Both the position numbers and the translations under genes were made by a program. 64,000 bases of DNA from contig JBGUJZ010000029.1 of NCBI GenBank assembly GCA_045114175.1, positions 24,223-88,222 of the forward strand. Direction: 5' to 3'. The first letter of the stretch is position 1. Each line of letters opens with the position of its first letter. The notes under the pieces were generated by a model. That model made no database searches, was not told the DNA's origin, and saw only the letters and a program-made list of their open reading frames with translations. Of this stretch, positions 61,476-64,000 are shown piece by piece. This DNA comes from Bacteroidales bacterium (lineage in GTDB: Bacteria > Bacteroidota > Bacteroidia > Bacteroidales > UBA932).

Positions 61476-62666
61476 ATGCTCTACCATCTGTTTGACTATT
61501 TCCAAAGAGCCGGCATCGATTTCCCCGGTGTGGGTCTGATGCAATATATCTCGTTCCGCGCCATCGCCGGCAGTGTGGTCGCCATCCTGACGGCGCTGAT
61601 CTTCGGCCGCCGCACGATCGGCTGGCTGCAGAAGAAGCAAATCGGCGAAACCATCCGCGACCTGGGTCTGGAAGGACAGCTCCAGAAGAAGGGAACCCCC
61701 ACCATGGGCGGCCTCATCATTCTGATGTCCATTCTGGTACCGGTGTTGCTCTTCGGCAACCTGACCAACATCAACACCATCCTGCTGGTCGTGACCACCA
61801 TTTGGCTGGGCGGACTCGGCTTCCTGGATGACTATATCAAGGTTTTCAAGCACAACAAAGAGGGACTGAGCGGCAAATACAAGATTGCCGGACAGGTTCT
61901 GCTGGGACTGGCCGTGGGCCTGACCCTCTACCTGACGGCCGACCAGGGGGTGAGCTACAGCCGCACCACCATCCCCTTCTTCAAGGGCAACGAGTTCGAC
62001 TATAAGTGGCTGATTCCCTTCTCCGGACAGTTTGTCCGCGCACTGCAGGGCGGCCTCTACGTGCTGGTCATCACCTTCATCATCACCGCCTGCTCCAACG
62101 GTACCAACCTGACCGACGGCATGGACGGTCTGGCAGCCGGCGTCTCGGCCATCGTGGGCGCGACCCTCGGTATCCTGGCCTACGTCTCCGGCCACAGCGG
62201 ATTCGCAGAGTACCTCAACATCATGCACCTGCCGCAAGCCGGTGAGATCACAGTCTATATCAGCTGCTTCATTGGCGCACTGCTGGGCTTCCTCTGGTAC
62301 AACGCCTACCCCGCCCAGGTCTTCATGGGCGACACGGGCAGCCTGGCGCTGGGCGGCATCATCGGTGTCTGCGCGGTGCTCATCCGCAAGGAGCTGCTGC
62401 TCCCCATCCTCTGCGGTATCTTCTTCATGGAGAGCCTCTCGGTGATTATCCAGCGCTGGTATTTCAAGCGCACCAAGAAGAAAACCGGCGTGGGCGTGCG
62501 CGTCTTCCGCATGTCGCCGCTCCACCACCACTACCAGAAAGAGAATCCGGATGCGCTCTGGCAGCATCCGAAGGGCGTACTGCCTGAAAATAAAATCGTT
62601 GCACGCTTCTGGATCATTTCTATCCTGCTGGCTGTGCTGAGCATTGTAACCCTGAAAATCCGATAG
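61476..62666 (+). CDS. mraY: Phospho-N-acetylmuramoyl-pentapeptide transferase
   Basis: 396 aa, polytopic. [30 protein letters not shown] and PLHHH. Confidence 0.96.
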   Translation: MLYHLFDYFQRAGIDFPGVGLMQYISFRAIAGSVVAILTALIFGRRTIGWLQKKQIGETIRDLGLEGQLQKKGTPTMGGLIILMSILVPVLLFGNLTNINTILLVVTTIWLGGLGFLDDYIKVFKHNKEGLSGKYKIAGQVLLGLAVGLTLYLTADQGVSYSRTTIPFFKGNEFDYKWLIPFSGQFVRALQGGLYVLVITFIITACSNGTNLTDGMDGLAAGVSAIVGATLGILAYVSGHSGFAEYLNIMHLPQAGEITVYISCFIGALLGFLWYNAYPAQVFMGDTGSLALGGIIGVCAVLIRKELLLPILCGIFFMESLSVIIQRWYFKRTKKKTGVGVRVFRMSPLHHHYQKENPDALWQHPKGVLPENKIVARFWIISILLAVLSIVTLKIR

Positions 62667-62674
62667 AATCAGAT

Positions 62675-64000
62675 ATGAAAAGAATCGTCATATTGGGCGG
62701 CGGAGAGAGCGGCGTAGGTGCCGCCGTGCTGGCCAAAGTCAAGCAGTTCGATGTGTTCCTCTCCGACAGCGGCATGCTGAAGGAGAGCTACAAGGAGACC
62801 CTGCTGCAGTACGAGATTCCCTTTGAGGAGGGACACCACACCGCGGAGCTGATCCTCAACGCCGACGAGGTGGTCAAGAGCCCGGGCATTCCGGAGACCG
62901 CCCCGATGGTGGTGGCCCTGCGGGAGCGCGGCATCAACATCATCTCCGAGATTGAGTTCGCGGGTCGCTACGACACGGCCAAGAAGATCTGCATCACCGG
63001 CAGCAACGGCAAGACCACGACCACTTCGCTGATCTACTACCTGCTCAAGAACGCCGGTCTGGACGTGGGTCTGGGCGGCAACATCGGCAAGAGCTACGCG
63101 ATGCAGGTGGCACTGGAAAAACACGATATCTACGTCCTGGAAATCAGCAGCTTCCAGCTGGATGGCATGTACGATTTCAAGGCCGATATCGCCGTGCTGC
63201 TCAACATCACGCCGGATCATCTGGACCGTTACGACCACAAGATGCAGAACTACATCAACGCCAAGTTCCGCATCACCCGCAACATGAGCAAAGACGACTG
63301 CTTCATCTTCTGCTCGGACGACGCCATCACGATGGGCGAGCTGGACAAGATCGTGCTCCAGGCCAAGAAACTCCCCTTCACCCAGGAGGGCAAGGTGGAG
63401 GAAGGTGCCTACACGGAGAACGGCAACATGGTGGTCTCTTACGAAGGAGAGAAGTTCCAGATGCCAATCGAAGAGATCAACATCAAGGGCCGCCACAACG
63501 TCTATAACTCCATGGCGGCAGCCATCGCCGGTAAGGTGATGCACATCACCGACCACTCCATCCGCGATTCGCTGATGAGCTTCCAGGGAGTGGAGCACCG
63601 CATGGAAAAGGTGCTCTCCATTGGCGGCGTGCTCTATATCAACGACTCCAAGGCCACCAACGTGAACTCCACCTGGTACGCGCTGGAGAGCGTCCACGCT
63701 CCCATCATCCTGATCTTGGGCGGCAAGGACAAGGGCAACGACTACGAGCCCATCTACGACCTGGTGCGCGAAAAGGTGCGCGCCATCGTCTGCCTGGGCG
63801 TGGACAACAAGAAGATTCACGAATGCTTTGAAGACAAGGTGGAAGCCATCTACGACACCCTCTCCGCCGAGGAGTGCGTGCGCCAGTGCGCCGAGATCGC
63901 GGAGCCGGGCGACACGGTGCTGCTCTCCCCCTGCTGCGCAAGCTTCGACCTGTTCAAGAACTATGAAGACCGTGGCCGCCAGTTCAAAGAGGCGGTCCGC
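62675..64000 (+). CDS. murD: UDP-N-acetylmuramoylalanine--D-glutamate ligase; 3' end truncated by the window
   Basis: Absent from the ORF track because it is open at the window edge. MKRIVILGGGESGVGAAVLA..., ATP loop ITGSNGKTTT, and an open frame to base 64000 (442 codons). murF is absent between murE and mraY, which I believe is common in Bacteroidota. Confidence 0.93.
   Translation, partial: MKRIVILGGGESGVGAAVLAKVKQFDVFLSDSGMLKESYKETLLQYEIPFEEGHHTAELILNADEVVKSPGIPETAPMVVALRERGINIISEIEFAGRYDTAKKICITGSNGKTTTTSLIYYLLKNAGLDVGLGGNIGKSYAMQVALEKHDIYVLEISSFQLDGMYDFKADIAVLLNITPDHLDRYDHKMQNYINAKFRITRNMSKDDCFIFCSDDAITMGELDKIVLQAKKLPFTQEGKVEEGAYTENGNMVVSYEGEKFQMPIEEINIKGRHNVYNSMAAAIAGKVMHITDHSIRDSLMSFQGVEHRMEKVLSIGGVLYINDSKATNVNSTWYALESVHAPIILILGGKDKGNDYEPIYDLVREKVRAIVCLGVDNKKIHECFEDKVEAIYDTLSAEECVRQCAEIAEPGDTVLLSPCCASFDLFKNYEDRGRQFKEAVR

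Noticed and set aside
60094-63820. Minus-strand ORFs 60094..61377, 61413..62567 and 62669..63820 (427, 384 and 383 aa)
   Set aside because: They are antisense to murE, mraY and murD, each of which shows canonical Mur-ligase or MraY motifs on the + strand.
1-64000. Search for CRISPR arrays, rRNA genes, prophage or conjugative genes
   Set aside because: I saw no regularly spaced direct repeats of 25-40 nt, no rRNA-like sequence, and no phage or conjugation ORFs. The only RNA gene found is tRNA-Ser.

Overview
This is a GC-rich Bacteroidota chromosomal segment. The phylum call rests on SusC/SusD pairs, many lipoproteins and repeated perfect TAnnTTTG '-7' promoter boxes; a Rikenellaceae/Alistipes-like genus is only a guess. 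About 90% of the window is coding. Bases 1-21 kb (minus strand) hold two polysaccharide-utilization-type loci. PUL1 has SusC, SusD, a GH172/DUF2961 protein, an unknown lipoprotein, a FucP-like MFS transporter and an S9-like hydrolase. PUL2 has SusC, SusD, BACON-like lipoproteins, a FISUMP-domain protein and a fimbrillin/LRR protein, with no recognisable CAZyme; two paralogous alpha/beta hydrolases lie just upstream. Bases 21-40 kb hold housekeeping and envelope genes: tpiA, a TPR protein with a beta-barrel OMP, ftsE, nth, an msrA-TM-GATase fusion, a C45 Ntn hydrolase, a TonB-dependent receptor, a phosphodiester glycosidase, tRNA-Ser(UGA), lspA, a dksA/traR-like gene and ileS. This stretch also holds a RAYT-type Y1 transposase next to an inverted doublet of a palindromic REP-like element, with a third copy 4.7 kb away. 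The most interesting region is 40.1-45.4 kb. It encodes a C39-peptidase ABC exporter (PCAT), then two small ORFs that each carry a double-glycine leader and a GxxxG-containing amphipathic core, then dedicated TolC-like and HlyD-like genes. One of the two small ORFs (57 aa) is absent from the ORF track. I read this as a class-IIb-like two-peptide bacteriocin or microcin system with its own tripartite exporter, preceded by a 51-aa tail-anchored protein that could be an immunity factor. Bases 45-64 kb are core genes: tsaB, greA, dnaX, lptB, nadE, prs, engB, ribF, xseAB and the dcw cluster mraZ-rsmH-ftsL-ftsI-murE-mraY-murD. An array of 10-bp-phased TGGAA repeats sits in front of the mraZ promoter. 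I saw no rRNA genes, CRISPR arrays, integrases or prophage genes. Many long ORFs in the track are antisense shadows of real genes, as expected at high GC. All functional calls come from motif recognition by eye, not from database searches.
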